The translations under genes were made by a program, and so were the position numbers. A stretch of DNA of 54,262 nucleotides from a virus (taxonomy: Duplodnaviria > Caudoviricetes), in the IMG/VR virus record IMGVR_UViG_3300009149_000003, positions 1-54,262 of that record; one strand, given 5' to 3'. The notes under the pieces were generated by a model, which ran no database searches, was not told the DNA's origin, and saw only the letters and a list, made by a program, of their open reading frames with translations. Positions 27,621 to 37,969 of this stretch are shown piece after piece; position 1 is the stretch's first letter, and every line of letters starts with the position of its first letter.

Positions 27621-27796
27621 ATTATTGGGAGATTATCGGCGGCCTCGTGAAGTATTTCAGGTTCACGGTGTACGACATTATGTGGAAGTATTCATGGAAG
27701 AATCTGACGATGTACATGCTGTCGATACCAAAATATGAACCGGGACACGAAGGCCGCGAGATAGAGGACATATCCGAATTGGGGGACCTGCTGTGA
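27548..27796 (+). CDS. -1 frameshift extension of the tail chaperone (gpGT-like)
   Basis: The -1 frame from the slippery heptamer is open to TGA 27796 (…YWEIIGGLVKYFRFTVYDIMWKYSWKNLTMYMLSIPKY…), overlapping the next GTG start. Confidence 0.75.
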   Translation, partial: FFGVFRLDQATKSGRGEAGGNGLVNYWEIIGGLVKYFRFTVYDIMWKYSWKNLTMYMLSIPKYEPGHEGREIEDISELGDLL

Positions 27797-28986
27797 CGAT
27801 AGACGAGAATGTGAAATTGAGTATCTGCATGATCGTGAAGGATGAGGAGGCGAACCTGAAACGCTGCCTCGATTCCTTCCTGCCGATCATTCACGAACCG
27901 TGGTGCGAATTGGTGATCGTCGATACGGGGAGCACCGACAGGACTGTCGAGGTCGCCCGCGGATACACCGACAAGGTATTCGAGCAGACATTCATCCCCT
28001 GGGACTTCTCCGCCGCCAGGAATTACGGCATCGAGCGGGCGGTCGGTCGGCGCATCATGATCGTGGATGCCGACGAGGAACTCGACCAGAAGAGTTTGTA
28101 CCTCCTCGAAGACGCCTTGCTCAACCCCCGGTACGACGGCATCAAGACCCTGTTTGTCAAGCTCCGGAACTTCTATACGATTCAAACGAACGAGTTCGCC
28201 GAGGTCATCCAGGCCCGGATATTCGAGAATACCGGCGGCCCACTGTACCAGTTCTCCATCCACAACCGGCCCCGCGTTGACGCGCCGTATATGTTCCTCG
28301 ACAAGGTGATCTTCAATCACTACGGGTATGTGTTCCAGAAAACCGACCTGTTCCTGCAGAAAAAAGAACGGTCGCTGCCGATGCTCGAAGCCGAATACAC
28401 GAAGAATCCGGACGATCTGCACATCCTGACGCATATCATCAAGACCTACTACGCCTGCGGGGACCATGAGCAGGTTGTGGCAAAGGGCGAGCGGTGGATC
28501 GAACTCATGCGGGGCGTGGACTTTCACGACGGGTGGTTCGCGTACCTGGAAGTGTTCGCGAACATCCTCGGCTCGTATGTCCAGCTTCGGGACGGCGAGA
28601 ACGCGGAACGGGTGTTGGCTGAGGCCCTGAAGTACACGAACAAACTGATTTCCCTCTACATGTTGCTCGGGCAGTTTTACCTCGATGCGAAGAACGTTGA
28701 GCGGGCGCGGGAACTGTTCGAGGAGGCGTATCTGATCTACAATCAGGATAGCGACCCCTATGAGTTGCTCTGCTCGACGAATTCGGCGTTTATCATGCCA
28801 GGAATACTGAACTACTTGTCGATACTTGAGTTCGCGGATGGCAACTACGACAAAGCCGGGAAATATGTCAACGAGGGCATACGGTTGAATGAGAACCGGT
28901 TACCGCTCCGGTGGGACGTGTGGAATGAAGGTTTCGCGCACGGGCGGCTGATCAAGAACGAGAATATGCGGAAAAGGGCCGGGTGA
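27793..28986 (+). CDS. GT2 glycosyltransferase with TPR repeats (flagellin/protein glycosyltransferase type)
   Basis: LSICMIVKDEE.NL.RCL, VDTGSTDRT, DFSAARN, DADEEL, HYGY, then helical TPR-like repeats. Confidence 0.88.
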   Translation: MTIDENVKLSICMIVKDEEANLKRCLDSFLPIIHEPWCELVIVDTGSTDRTVEVARGYTDKVFEQTFIPWDFSAARNYGIERAVGRRIMIVDADEELDQKSLYLLEDALLNPRYDGIKTLFVKLRNFYTIQTNEFAEVIQARIFENTGGPLYQFSIHNRPRVDAPYMFLDKVIFNHYGYVFQKTDLFLQKKERSLPMLEAEYTKNPDDLHILTHIIKTYYACGDHEQVVAKGERWIELMRGVDFHDGWFAYLEVFANILGSYVQLRDGENAERVLAEALKYTNKLISLYMLLGQFYLDAKNVERARELFEEAYLIYNQDSDPYELLCSTNSAFIMPGILNYLSILEFADGNYDKAGKYVNEGIRLNENRLPLRWDVWNEGFAHGRLIKNENMRKRAG

Positions 28987-28991
28987 TATAG

Positions 28992-31772
28992 ATGGGGCTG
29001 AACGTCAGAGGAAGCGATTCACTGTATTGGAAAACCGGGCTTGATACCGGTGGACTTGACCGCGACACGGCCAAGGCCAAGGGTATCCTCGCCGGATTCG
29101 CCCGCCAGATAACCGCGCTTGACGTGTTCGCCGCAATATCTGTCGGCGCCGCTTACCACGCGAAGAAAGCAATAAAGGAAATAACATTGCTCGCCGCCCG
29201 GTATGAGACCCTCGGCGTGGTGATGCGCACCGTGGGGAACAACGCCGGGTATTCCGGTGAGCAGATGGAAGGTTTCGCCAAGAGTCTCGAGGAAACCGGC
29301 ATCTCCATACTCGAATCGCGACAATCGCTTCTCCGCATGATTCAGGCACAACTCGATCTCACGAAAGCATCAGAACTCGCTCGGGTCGCCCAGGATGCGG
29401 CGGTCATCGGCAATATCAATTCCTCCGAAGCGTTCCAGCGGATGGTATACGGAATCCAGTCCGGACAGGTGGAAATCCTGCGGACAATCGGCCTGAACGT
29501 CAATTTCGAAAACAGCTATCAGCGGGTGGCGAAAGCTACCAATCGCACGGCTTTGGAATTGGGTGAGGCAGAGAAAGCTCAAATCCGCATGAATGTTGTC
29601 ATGGAGGCCGGTGAGCGGATCGCCGGGACATACGAGGCCGCGATGGGAACGGCCGGGAAACAGTTGCTTTCGCTTGAGCGGCACGTCGAGAACCTCAAGG
29701 TGCTGACTGGCCGATTATTCACCCCGGTACTCGCAGAGGCCGTCGAGGGTATCACCAATGGGATTATTGACCTGAACGCTGAACTTGTGACGAATGAGGA
29801 AAAAGTAGCCGAGTGGGGAACCAATTTCCGGCTTGGCCTGATTAGCATTGAGGCGGAAATTATGCGGCTTGCGATGCTGATCGACAAGATCGGCGGCACT
29901 ATCAGCACAATGGCTGCGATGTTTGCCATGATACCGAGCATGATTCCCCATGTACCCGGCACCTTAGTAGGAGCATTGGCTGAAGCGGGCAAAGAGGCGG
30001 CGCAAGATTGGATCGAATTCAATCGGCAACTGGAATCCCGATACACGGCAACCGAAAAAGCGCTGGAAGCACTCGCACAGAGGTACATAGAACTCGAGGC
30101 ATCGAAAACTGATGCCGTCAAGAAACGGGCGAAGGCTGAACAGGACGCTGCGGAAGAGGCGAGACTGGCGGCGGTGAAAGCAACCGCAGCGGGAGTGCCA
30201 CTGACACCGGTAGGCGGCCCCATCGTATTCGGTCCCGCCGCCGAAGCGGCATTCAAGCGATACATGGAAGACGAGAAAAATCGCCGCGAATGGATCAAGC
30301 AGCAGGACGCCGAATACAAGGAATGGGTGCTCAGCTCAAACAAGGACCTCCTTGCCGCCAGGATAGCCAGCATTGAAACCGAGATGGCGCAGTACACCGA
30401 GGAGCAGAATTTCAAGATGGGGCTGATTGATGAATTGAAGCTGCGGAGGGAGCAGTTCCATGAGTTCGAGGTGGACGAAAACCGGGCGGCGCTTGACCAG
30501 ATCATGAAGGACACGCGGGGCTGGGGCAAGAAGAGCCTTGAAGTGTACGCGCAATTCCTGAAGGAGCAGGCGGCGCTGTATGAAGGCAATGAGGCCATGC
30601 AGGAGGCGATCCTGGAGCGGTACGCCGAGACGATGCAAAAGGTGTACGACGCCGAAATCAGGAAGATTCGGGAAGTCGGGGACGCGCTCTCCTCGCTTGG
30701 TGATCTGATTGGTCAGTTCGATACGGACCTCGGTTCATCTGTCCAGCAGGTGGCCGCGATGGCGAATGATGTTGCAGGCATGGTGGAGGGATTCGCTACC
30801 GGGAATTGGTTACAAGCAGGCACGTCCGGGGCTGACCTGTTGACGAAATTCATCAGTTATTTCGACAAGTCCGAGGAGCGGGCGCGACAGGCGCAGATGA
30901 AGAATCAGGCCCTTGCCCGATGGATCAGCGACCAGAGAACCTTCATCAATGATATGGGGAACACCGTCAAGGCATATACCCAGGCGATAGAGACGTTGAC
31001 TCAACTATCCAAGACAGGACGAGACCCGATATTGGGGGTCCTGTCCCCGGATGAACTCCTGGAAGTGCGGCGAACGCTGAAGAGCATCGAGGACGACTAC
31101 CGGCAGATGCTCACCGGCACGACCGCCGATTCCATAGCCGACGCCATCACCGCGGGGTTCCGGGAAGGTCTCGACTCAGCAACCGTGTTCGCCGACACGT
31201 TCGAAGACCTGATGCAGAACGCAATCATCAATTCATTCAAGGCCCGGATTGTCAAAGACTACCTCGAAAAGTTTTACGATGCGTTCGCTGGATATGCAGA
31301 GGGTGGTCTGGATCAGGGGGAAATTGATAAGCTTCGGACTATCATGCTGGGCGGCCAAATCACCGTGCCCTGGGGCGGCCCTACAATTACTGTCAAAGGG
31401 ATCATGGAGAGCATAGGCGAGGAGTGGGCAGTCCTTCAGGACCTCCTCGAAAGTGCCGGTATCGGCCTCCCTGGTGCGGCTGCCGTCACCCCAAAGGGCC
31501 TCGCGGGCGCGATTGCGGGCGTAACTGAGCAGACGGCCGGGTTGCTCGCCGGCCAGTTCGGCGCCGTCCGGATCAATATCGTCGAACACCTGAACGTGAC
31601 GAAGCAGATGCGGGATTACACGTCGGTCATCATGAGCACCGGGCTCGACAATCTGCGGGCGAACCAGGAGACGGCGGTCAACACGCGATACCTGAAGAGA
31701 ATCGACGAACGACTGGCGGTCATGAGCCGGGACGCGACAGTCCGGGCGATCGGCGCCGGGATGCTGCACTGA
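28992..31772 (+). CDS. Tape measure protein
   Basis: 926 aa Ala/Glu-rich helical protein in the canonical position. Confidence 0.88.
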   Translation: MGLNVRGSDSLYWKTGLDTGGLDRDTAKAKGILAGFARQITALDVFAAISVGAAYHAKKAIKEITLLAARYETLGVVMRTVGNNAGYSGEQMEGFAKSLEETGISILESRQSLLRMIQAQLDLTKASELARVAQDAAVIGNINSSEAFQRMVYGIQSGQVEILRTIGLNVNFENSYQRVAKATNRTALELGEAEKAQIRMNVVMEAGERIAGTYEAAMGTAGKQLLSLERHVENLKVLTGRLFTPVLAEAVEGITNGIIDLNAELVTNEEKVAEWGTNFRLGLISIEAEIMRLAMLIDKIGGTISTMAAMFAMIPSMIPHVPGTLVGALAEAGKEAAQDWIEFNRQLESRYTATEKALEALAQRYIELEASKTDAVKKRAKAEQDAAEEARLAAVKATAAGVPLTPVGGPIVFGPAAEAAFKRYMEDEKNRREWIKQQDAEYKEWVLSSNKDLLAARIASIETEMAQYTEEQNFKMGLIDELKLRREQFHEFEVDENRAALDQIMKDTRGWGKKSLEVYAQFLKEQAALYEGNEAMQEAILERYAETMQKVYDAEIRKIREVGDALSSLGDLIGQFDTDLGSSVQQVAAMANDVAGMVEGFATGNWLQAGTSGADLLTKFISYFDKSEERARQAQMKNQALARWISDQRTFINDMGNTVKAYTQAIETLTQLSKTGRDPILGVLSPDELLEVRRTLKSIEDDYRQMLTGTTADSIADAITAGFREGLDSATVFADTFEDLMQNAIINSFKARIVKDYLEKFYDAFAGYAEGGLDQGEIDKLRTIMLGGQITVPWGGPTITVKGIMESIGEEWAVLQDLLESAGIGLPGAAAVTPKGLAGAIAGVTEQTAGLLAGQFGAVRINIVEHLNVTKQMRDYTSVIMSTGLDNLRANQETAVNTRYLKRIDERLAVMSRDATVRAIGAGMLH

Positions 31773-31787
31773 CGGCGGGAGTGTGAC

Positions 31788-32225
31788 ATGTACTACCCTC
31801 TCAGCGGCTACAAGATCGACGGGTACGACCTATACGGGTACTGGAAGATCACGGTCAAACGTATCACCGGCATGGACGCCTTCCTGACCCGTAAGGGTGA
31901 TGTCTCACAGTCGTGGCCGGACTCCGACGGCGAGGAGGCGTTCACGAACGCGACTGACATTTGGTTCGAGGGCACCGACATCATCATGTTCTGCTACATC
32001 ACCGCGGACACATTCGCGGAATTGCGGAGTCTTCTGGCATTGTTCAAGCACCGGCTCGAACTGTCCGGGTTGCGCCTGTTGCGGACGCCCTACCTGTCCA
32101 TAACGACATCGGTCATGTATATCAAGGGAGGCGACGTGGAGATGCTCACGCCGAAATCGACTGCAAATAAATATGTCGGCGAGTTCTGGGTTCAGTTCCG
32201 GAAGCCGACGCCTGTAAGGAGCTGA
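31788..32225 (+). CDS. Distal tail (Dit-like) protein
   Basis: Follows the tape measure; IDGYDL...W.DSDGEE pattern. Confidence 0.6.
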   Translation: MYYPLSGYKIDGYDLYGYWKITVKRITGMDAFLTRKGDVSQSWPDSDGEEAFTNATDIWFEGTDIIMFCYITADTFAELRSLLALFKHRLELSGLRLLRTPYLSITTSVMYIKGGDVEMLTPKSTANKYVGEFWVQFRKPTPVRS

Positions 32226-32229
32226 TACC

Positions 32230-33030
32230 ATGGGTAAACTATCGGATTATGCCGAGAACGAGGTGCTCGATCACATCCTGAAAGTCGGGGCATTCAACCG
32301 CCCGGCCGCGCTGTTTCTCGGGTTATGCACGGGCGATCCGCTCGATGCGGGGACAGGTGGTACGATCACCGAACCGAGCGATGCGGCGTATGCCCGGCAA
32401 TCCTGCGATGATTGGGATGCGGCGGCATCACGGGCGACGGCGAACTCGACCTCGATCGCGTTCCCGGAATGCACCGAGGATTGGGATCCCATCACGCACT
32501 TTGCCATTCTCGACACGGTGACGCTGGCGACCGGGAATATCATCGCATACGGGCCGGTGACGCCGAACAAAACATTCTACTCCGGGAACACACCGAACGT
32601 GGCGCTGGGTGAACTCGACGTGTCGGTTGACGCCGCCGGGATGAGCGATTACCTGGCGAACGCCATCCTCGATCACCTGCTGGCGGACACGCCGTATGCG
32701 CAGCCGGGGAGCATCTTCATCGCCCTCTGCACGGCGACCGTACTGGACAACGATACCGGCAGCACGATCTCCGAGCCCGGCGAGAACTACGCCCGCATTC
32801 AACACGACGGGTGGAAGATCGCGGCGGCGGGCGCGAGCTCGAACAGCGGCACCATCGTATTCCCTGCGGCAACCGGCGGCACTTGGGGGACAATCACGCA
32901 CTTCGGGTTGTGCGATACGCTCACGACCGGGAACCTGCTCATACACGCGGCGCTGAACACCGAGCAGCCGGTGGAACTCAGCGATGTCGCGCAGTGGGCC
33001 GACGGCACCATGATTGTGACGGCGGATTAA
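32230..33030 (+). CDS. Tail-associated protein with two tandem copies of a ~130 aa domain
   Basis: SDYAENEVLDHIL...YARQ...FP...W..ITHF and SDYLANAILDHLL...YARI...FP...WGTITHF. Confidence 0.7.
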   Translation: MGKLSDYAENEVLDHILKVGAFNRPAALFLGLCTGDPLDAGTGGTITEPSDAAYARQSCDDWDAAASRATANSTSIAFPECTEDWDPITHFAILDTVTLATGNIIAYGPVTPNKTFYSGNTPNVALGELDVSVDAAGMSDYLANAILDHLLADTPYAQPGSIFIALCTATVLDNDTGSTISEPGENYARIQHDGWKIAAAGASSNSGTIVFPAATGGTWGTITHFGLCDTLTTGNLLIHAALNTEQPVELSDVAQWADGTMIVTAD

Positions 33031-33040
33031 CGGGGATATT

Positions 33041-34063
33041 ATGGCAAATCGAGACATGGCCGGACAGGCCAATATCGCCTTCGATGCGGCGATGGAGATG
33101 TACCGGGGCCGCAACATGGCGGGGCGGGCGGACATCACCTTCGATGCGGCGGCCTCACTGTACGCCGTTCGTAATATGGCGGGTCAGGCCAATATAGGAT
33201 TCAACGATATATGGGATGACGCCGATTGGGGCGTGACGGCCCTGCTCGACGCGCCGTTGACCGAGGCGAGTTATGATGCGGGGACAAAGATATTCACTGA
33301 CCTCTCGTCCTATGCCCGTACACTGACAAGCGCGAACGCAGCGGCATTCAACACACTTGCCAGTGGCCTGACGATGATGAATTTCAACGGAACAACTGAT
33401 TTAGTCGATGCTGGCGTGGATATGATAGGCACGGGCGACGTGACGGTCGAGGCGTGGGCACGATGGGAAAGTACAGGTGAGGGAGGGAACGGAATACTAT
33501 TGTGCAACAATAAGTTTTTCTTGGGCAACAATTATCAGTTGAGACTCGCAGTAACGAGGAATTTGTATGGGAGTGTTGCGGTAGGACCTATACCAAGTGT
33601 GCAATTAAATATATGGTATCACATTGTAGTCACCAGCACAGCAGCAGGTGTCACGAATATCTACCTCAATGGAGCACTATTAGGTGCAGCAGATCAAGAT
33701 GCGGGAACACCACAAGCAGCAATTCAAGATTTGTTTATAGGTAATCGTAGTGGTGCTGCATCAAATACTTTTGACGGCGACATATCCGGTGTGCGGGTAT
33801 ACGACGGCATCCCCAGTGAACCGGCAGCATTCGCACGCGCCCGGTACATCTATGATTTGCCTCGGTATAACACCAGCATTTTCCTCGATCGCGTTCTCAG
33901 GATGTGGGCCAACCGAGGGATGGCCGGCCAAGCCGACATCTCCCTGGACGCCCTTATGGCTATGTATGCCGAACGCGCCATGACCGGGCAGGCCGACATA
34001 GAGTTCACCCCGTACCTGTTCATGGGGATCGACGGGGATACCGGCCTGATTACGAGGTATTAA
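33041..34063 (+). CDS. LamG/concanavalin-like lectin domain tail protein flanked by 20-aa repeats
   Basis: FNGT...TVEAW...WYHIVVT...IYLNG...LFIG...FDGDISGVRVY; MAGQA(N/D)I repeats three times N-terminal and twice C-terminal. Confidence 0.8.
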   Translation: MANRDMAGQANIAFDAAMEMYRGRNMAGRADITFDAAASLYAVRNMAGQANIGFNDIWDDADWGVTALLDAPLTEASYDAGTKIFTDLSSYARTLTSANAAAFNTLASGLTMMNFNGTTDLVDAGVDMIGTGDVTVEAWARWESTGEGGNGILLCNNKFFLGNNYQLRLAVTRNLYGSVAVGPIPSVQLNIWYHIVVTSTAAGVTNIYLNGALLGAADQDAGTPQAAIQDLFIGNRSGAASNTFDGDISGVRVYDGIPSEPAAFARARYIYDLPRYNTSIFLDRVLRMWANRGMAGQADISLDALMAMYAERAMTGQADIEFTPYLFMGIDGDTGLITRY

Positions 34064-34064
34064 G

Positions 34065-37000
34065 ATGCGGATGAATGTATACAGGAATGTCTCGGTAATC
34101 GCCCATTTCAACATCGATGAGCGGACGCTGTTCGTGCAACGCTTCCTCGGCGAGAACTACATCCATGCCGAGACGACCGTCCGGGAACCGCTCGACATCA
34201 CCATCGGCGACTACGCGCGGTACAACGGCATCCGGTACTACGTCAACACCCTCCCCGACGTGACCAAGAACGCCACAAACCAGTACGTCTACACGCTCAC
34301 CTTCGAATCCGAATACTACGATTTCGCCAAGGTCCAATACCGCAGCGACGGCCAGGGCGACTTCTACCTGATGGGCGACCTCGAACTCTTCCTTGACCTG
34401 CTTGTCGAGAACATGAACCGCGTCTACGGCGCTGGCGTGTGGACGAAGGGGACCTGCACGCAGACGAACGAGGAATATAAGCTTCTGAAATTCGAGGCCG
34501 AGAACTGCCGACAGGCGATCCAGCGGCTCTGCACTGAATTCAGCGGCGAGTTCTCGTTCGCCCAAAAGGTGATCTCATTCTCCGACGAACAGACCACCGA
34601 TACCGGCCTGACGTTCCTGTACAAAACGGGGCTTCGGAACATCCAGCGCCGCCCGATCGAATCCGGGAACATCATCACCCGGCTGTACGCATACGGCTCC
34701 TCCCGGAACCTGGGCTCGTCATACGGCAAGCTCCGGCTCGAACTGAACACCGGCGGCGTGGACTACATCGAGAGCAACACGGCGACCTACGGCACCATCG
34801 AGGGTGCGGTGATCTTCGACGACGTGTTCCCGCGGCGCACCGGGACCGTCTCGTCCGCGGCAAGCAATGTCCTGTTCATCGACGGACCGCCGCCGGGCGG
34901 CATAGATTTCAACGTCAATACCTATCTCATCCCCGACGTGACGGCGAAGGTGAACTTCCTGACGGGGGACTGCGCCGGGTACACATTCGACATCGCCAGT
35001 TTCAACAACACGACACATGAATTCGAAATCATCCCGGTTACGCTTGAGGACGGCTCGGTCATGCCGAACGACGACCTTAATCCGGCGGCGACCGACACCT
35101 ACGTCCTCATCGACATCACCATGCCCGCCGAATACATCGCCGCCGCCGAAGCCGAACTCCTGGCGTTGGCGGAAACCTACATCGCGAAATACGATCACCC
35201 CCGGGTCGCGTACCAGCTCACCCCAGACTGGCGGTACCTGAAGGCCCGCAGCGTGAACCTCACCATCGGGGATACGATCACCATTGAGGACACAGACCTC
35301 GGCGTGGACGTGAAGGTCCGGATAACCGAACTCTCACAGCAGGTGATACAGCCGTACAAGTACACGTTGTCGCTCACCGATCAAGTGGAATATGCGGTAT
35401 CCGGCCAGGCGCAGATCATTTTGGGTACATACAAGACCGCCGGGGATTCGGCCGGCAAGATCGCCGCTTCGCCGGTCGTCCGGGACATCGGGAGATCACG
35501 CCGGAACTGGCGGGACACGGAAGAACTGCGATCGATGGTATTCGATCCCGACGACGGCTACTTTGACCCCGTGAATGTCAAACCGCTCTCCATCGAGACA
35601 ACGATGCTCGCCGCCGGATCGAAGAGCGGCAACTTCCAGCTCTCCGGGGTACAGGTTAAGCCGAACTACCTCGGAAACAACAATAAACTCTCCATCACCG
35701 GCGGGACGCTCGTCCACATGGCGATCGACACGTCCGGTGAAGACGAGATCGGGACATGGACGCTGGTCGCGAACCCGGATTACGAGGCGGGCGGGCTGAC
35801 GACCGAGACGGCGTACTACCTGTACGCGAAATGCCACAAGACGAACTACACGGACGGCGATAACCAGGTGATCGTCACCAGCACGGCGTACCAGGCCGAT
35901 CAGACGACACACTGGTACTTCCTCGTCGGGATCCTCCACAGCACGACCGGGAGCGTCCCGCGCGGCCTGTCGCTCACCTACGGCCAGACGCTCATCAACG
36001 GCGGGTTCGTCACCACCGGGAAGGTCCAGAGCGCGAACGGCAACACATACTTAGACCTCGACAACAATACGCTGGTGATTGCGAGCGGTGCGGGGACAAT
36101 CGCCGGGACGAATATAACATCCCTTGAGGACGGTGCGACGGCGGGCGCGACGTGGGGAGAGGACGTGGCGAGCATCCCGGCGCGGCTCACCGAGGACGAC
36201 ACGCCCGAGGCGACCGGCGTTTACATCACCCCCAATTACATCGGGTTCTACGATTTGGGGGCCGAAGGTTGGCCGGTGCGGATCAAGAACAACGCGGGGT
36301 CCGGGGAATTTTTTGTCGGCGAAGCAACTAAATACGTGTCGTATACCGCAGCGGAAGGGTTAATAGTTCGCGGGAAGCTGACGGCGAGTGACATCCAAGC
36401 GGGCGGGACAATCACCGGGAATACATTACAGACCGATACCGGCGCGGCGGAGGGGCATTACAAGCGGATGACGGTTAGCGGCGCGAACAATAATATCACC
36501 ATCCATGATGCTGATAATTTACTCGCCATGACGATTGACGACAACATATTCGGTGCAGAAACGAGTCCGGGGATACTGTGTGATAGTGCAAGTGGTGGCG
36601 GGTTGCGATTCCGGGTTGATGCGGAGAATGTATGTACTCTCCGCGAAAATTACTTTGAAATGGTAAGTGACTCAATCAGTTACATCATGAAATTGACGCG
36701 AAAGGGACAGGCATCAGAAGGTGATGCAATCATAAATCTTTACATGGATAATGGGTTGATTGGAGACGCATTATGGTTCAAATATAACAATATTGAAAAG
36801 TTCGCCGTCGATTATCAAGGTAACGTACGGGTGGCCGGTACTGTTGACTTGGTAGATATTGCAGCACATACACACACGGGAGAGAATAGTGGTGGCCAGG
36901 TGCCGTATACTTCATTGGGCAGTATACCGTCTACATTTGCCTCGACCAATCATAACCTCGTGGACACGACACATCATCCAGTTGCCGGGTTGACCACCGG

Positions 37001-37343
37001 TCATTTCCTCAAGGCGACCGGGACAGCTACCTATGGATTCGCCGCGCACGGTCTGAGTGCCGCTGATGTCGGGGCCGAGGCGTCCGGTGCCGTTGCCACC
37101 CATGCCGCCCTGCTCACCGGCGTTCACGGTCTCGCCATCACCGCCGGGAAAACCCTCACCGTACAGGATAACGTCACCATCACCGGGGCGCTCGGGACCG
37201 CCGCATATGCCGCCACCGGGGACTTCGAGGCGGCCATTGGTGTGGGCAGACTCGCATTGAATAAAATAGCCGGGAAAGGTGCAGGGGTAGATTACATCAT
37301 GAAATGGTCTATAGATACCGGGGCATACTGGAGCGCAACATGA
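34065..37343 (+). CDS. Tail tip/central fibre protein (Tal-like N-terminus)
   Basis: IITRLYAYGSSRNL, FDDVFPRRTGTV, IGDTITIED.DLG; 1092 aa with a mosaic C-terminus. Confidence 0.8.
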   Translation: MRMNVYRNVSVIAHFNIDERTLFVQRFLGENYIHAETTVREPLDITIGDYARYNGIRYYVNTLPDVTKNATNQYVYTLTFESEYYDFAKVQYRSDGQGDFYLMGDLELFLDLLVENMNRVYGAGVWTKGTCTQTNEEYKLLKFEAENCRQAIQRLCTEFSGEFSFAQKVISFSDEQTTDTGLTFLYKTGLRNIQRRPIESGNIITRLYAYGSSRNLGSSYGKLRLELNTGGVDYIESNTATYGTIEGAVIFDDVFPRRTGTVSSAASNVLFIDGPPPGGIDFNVNTYLIPDVTAKVNFLTGDCAGYTFDIASFNNTTHEFEIIPVTLEDGSVMPNDDLNPAATDTYVLIDITMPAEYIAAAEAELLALAETYIAKYDHPRVAYQLTPDWRYLKARSVNLTIGDTITIEDTDLGVDVKVRITELSQQVIQPYKYTLSLTDQVEYAVSGQAQIILGTYKTAGDSAGKIAASPVVRDIGRSRRNWRDTEELRSMVFDPDDGYFDPVNVKPLSIETTMLAAGSKSGNFQLSGVQVKPNYLGNNNKLSITGGTLVHMAIDTSGEDEIGTWTLVANPDYEAGGLTTETAYYLYAKCHKTNYTDGDNQVIVTSTAYQADQTTHWYFLVGILHSTTGSVPRGLSLTYGQTLINGGFVTTGKVQSANGNTYLDLDNNTLVIASGAGTIAGTNITSLEDGATAGATWGEDVASIPARLTEDDTPEATGVYITPNYIGFYDLGAEGWPVRIKNNAGSGEFFVGEATKYVSYTAAEGLIVRGKLTASDIQAGGTITGNTLQTDTGAAEGHYKRMTVSGANNNITIHDADNLLAMTIDDNIFGAETSPGILCDSASGGGLRFRVDAENVCTLRENYFEMVSDSISYIMKLTRKGQASEGDAIINLYMDNGLIGDALWFKYNNIEKFAVDYQGNVRVAGTVDLVDIAAHTHTGENSGGQVPYTSLGSIPSTFASTNHNLVDTTHHPVAGLTTGHFLKATGTATYGFAAHGLSAADVGAEASGAVATHAALLTGVHGLAITAGKTLTVQDNVTITGALGTAAYAATGDFEAAIGVGRLALNKIAGKGAGVDYIMKWSIDTGAYWSAT

Positions 37344-37522
37344 TAACGACAAACAAAGGGCGGCGGTCCTTCCTGTTGGCACTTGGTGCCGGGGCCGTGA
37401 GTCTGGTGGGTTTCGCGATGGGTTTCAGTGCCATTGGCGCAAGCATCGGCAATAATCTCACCGGTATACAGCCCGGCATGATACTCAGATGGTCGGAAAA
37501 CACCGGGGCATACTGGGCGTAA
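37340..37522 (+). CDS. Small protein with a twin-arginine-like signal and a copy of the tail protein C-terminal motif
   Basis: KGRRSFLLALGAGAVSLVG; ends ILRWSENTGAYWA; ATGA overlap. Confidence 0.6.
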   Translation: MITTNKGRRSFLLALGAGAVSLVGFAMGFSAIGASIGNNLTGIQPGMILRWSENTGAYWA

Positions 37523-37532
37523 AGGAGCAGTC

Positions 37533-37751
37533 ATGAAAACCACAGACGAGATCACCCTCACCATCAAGATATTCGAGGGAGAACTTCAGAACGCCGCGAA
37601 CGAGCGGAACTTCTGCATCCGCCAGGCCGAACAGCTTGCGGCGCGGATCAATTACCTGTCGGGCAAGATCGACGCGCTGAAGGAACTGACAGTGGAACCG
37701 CCGGACGTACCGGCTAAACCGGCCAAGGGGCCAAAAGAAAAGAGGCCATGA
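37533..37751 (+). CDS. Small coiled-coil protein
   Basis: AAGGAG RBS; heptad pattern. Confidence 0.6.
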   Translation: MKTTDEITLTIKIFEGELQNAANERNFCIRQAEQLAARINYLSGKIDALKELTVEPPDVPAKPAKGPKEKRP

Positions 37752-37969
37752 TGGAACTGCTGCAACTCATCCCATACGGGACGCCGGTCCTCGTGCTCGG
37801 CATGATTGTTTTCCTCGTCCGCATTGACGGCTTGGTGCGCGATCTTCGCGAGGACGTTCGCAGCATGAAGGATAACGTCGTATACCGGGACACATGCGAC
37901 GTGACACATCGGGCCACGGACCGCCGTCTTGAACGGCTGGAGCATTGTGCGAACGGGGCGAAACGGTGA
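37748..37969 (+). CDS. Holin-like single-pass membrane protein
   Basis: N-terminal hydrophobic helix plus charged tail, immediately before the endolysin. Confidence 0.5.
   Translation: MMELLQLIPYGTPVLVLGMIVFLVRIDGLVRDLREDVRSMKDNVVYRDTCDVTHRATDRRLERLEHCANGAKR

Noticed and set aside
33041-37522. Diversity-generating retroelement acting on tail genes
   Set aside because: No reverse transcriptase is recognisable and there is no ~100 bp adenine-variant TR/VR pair; the shared stretch is only 15 bp.
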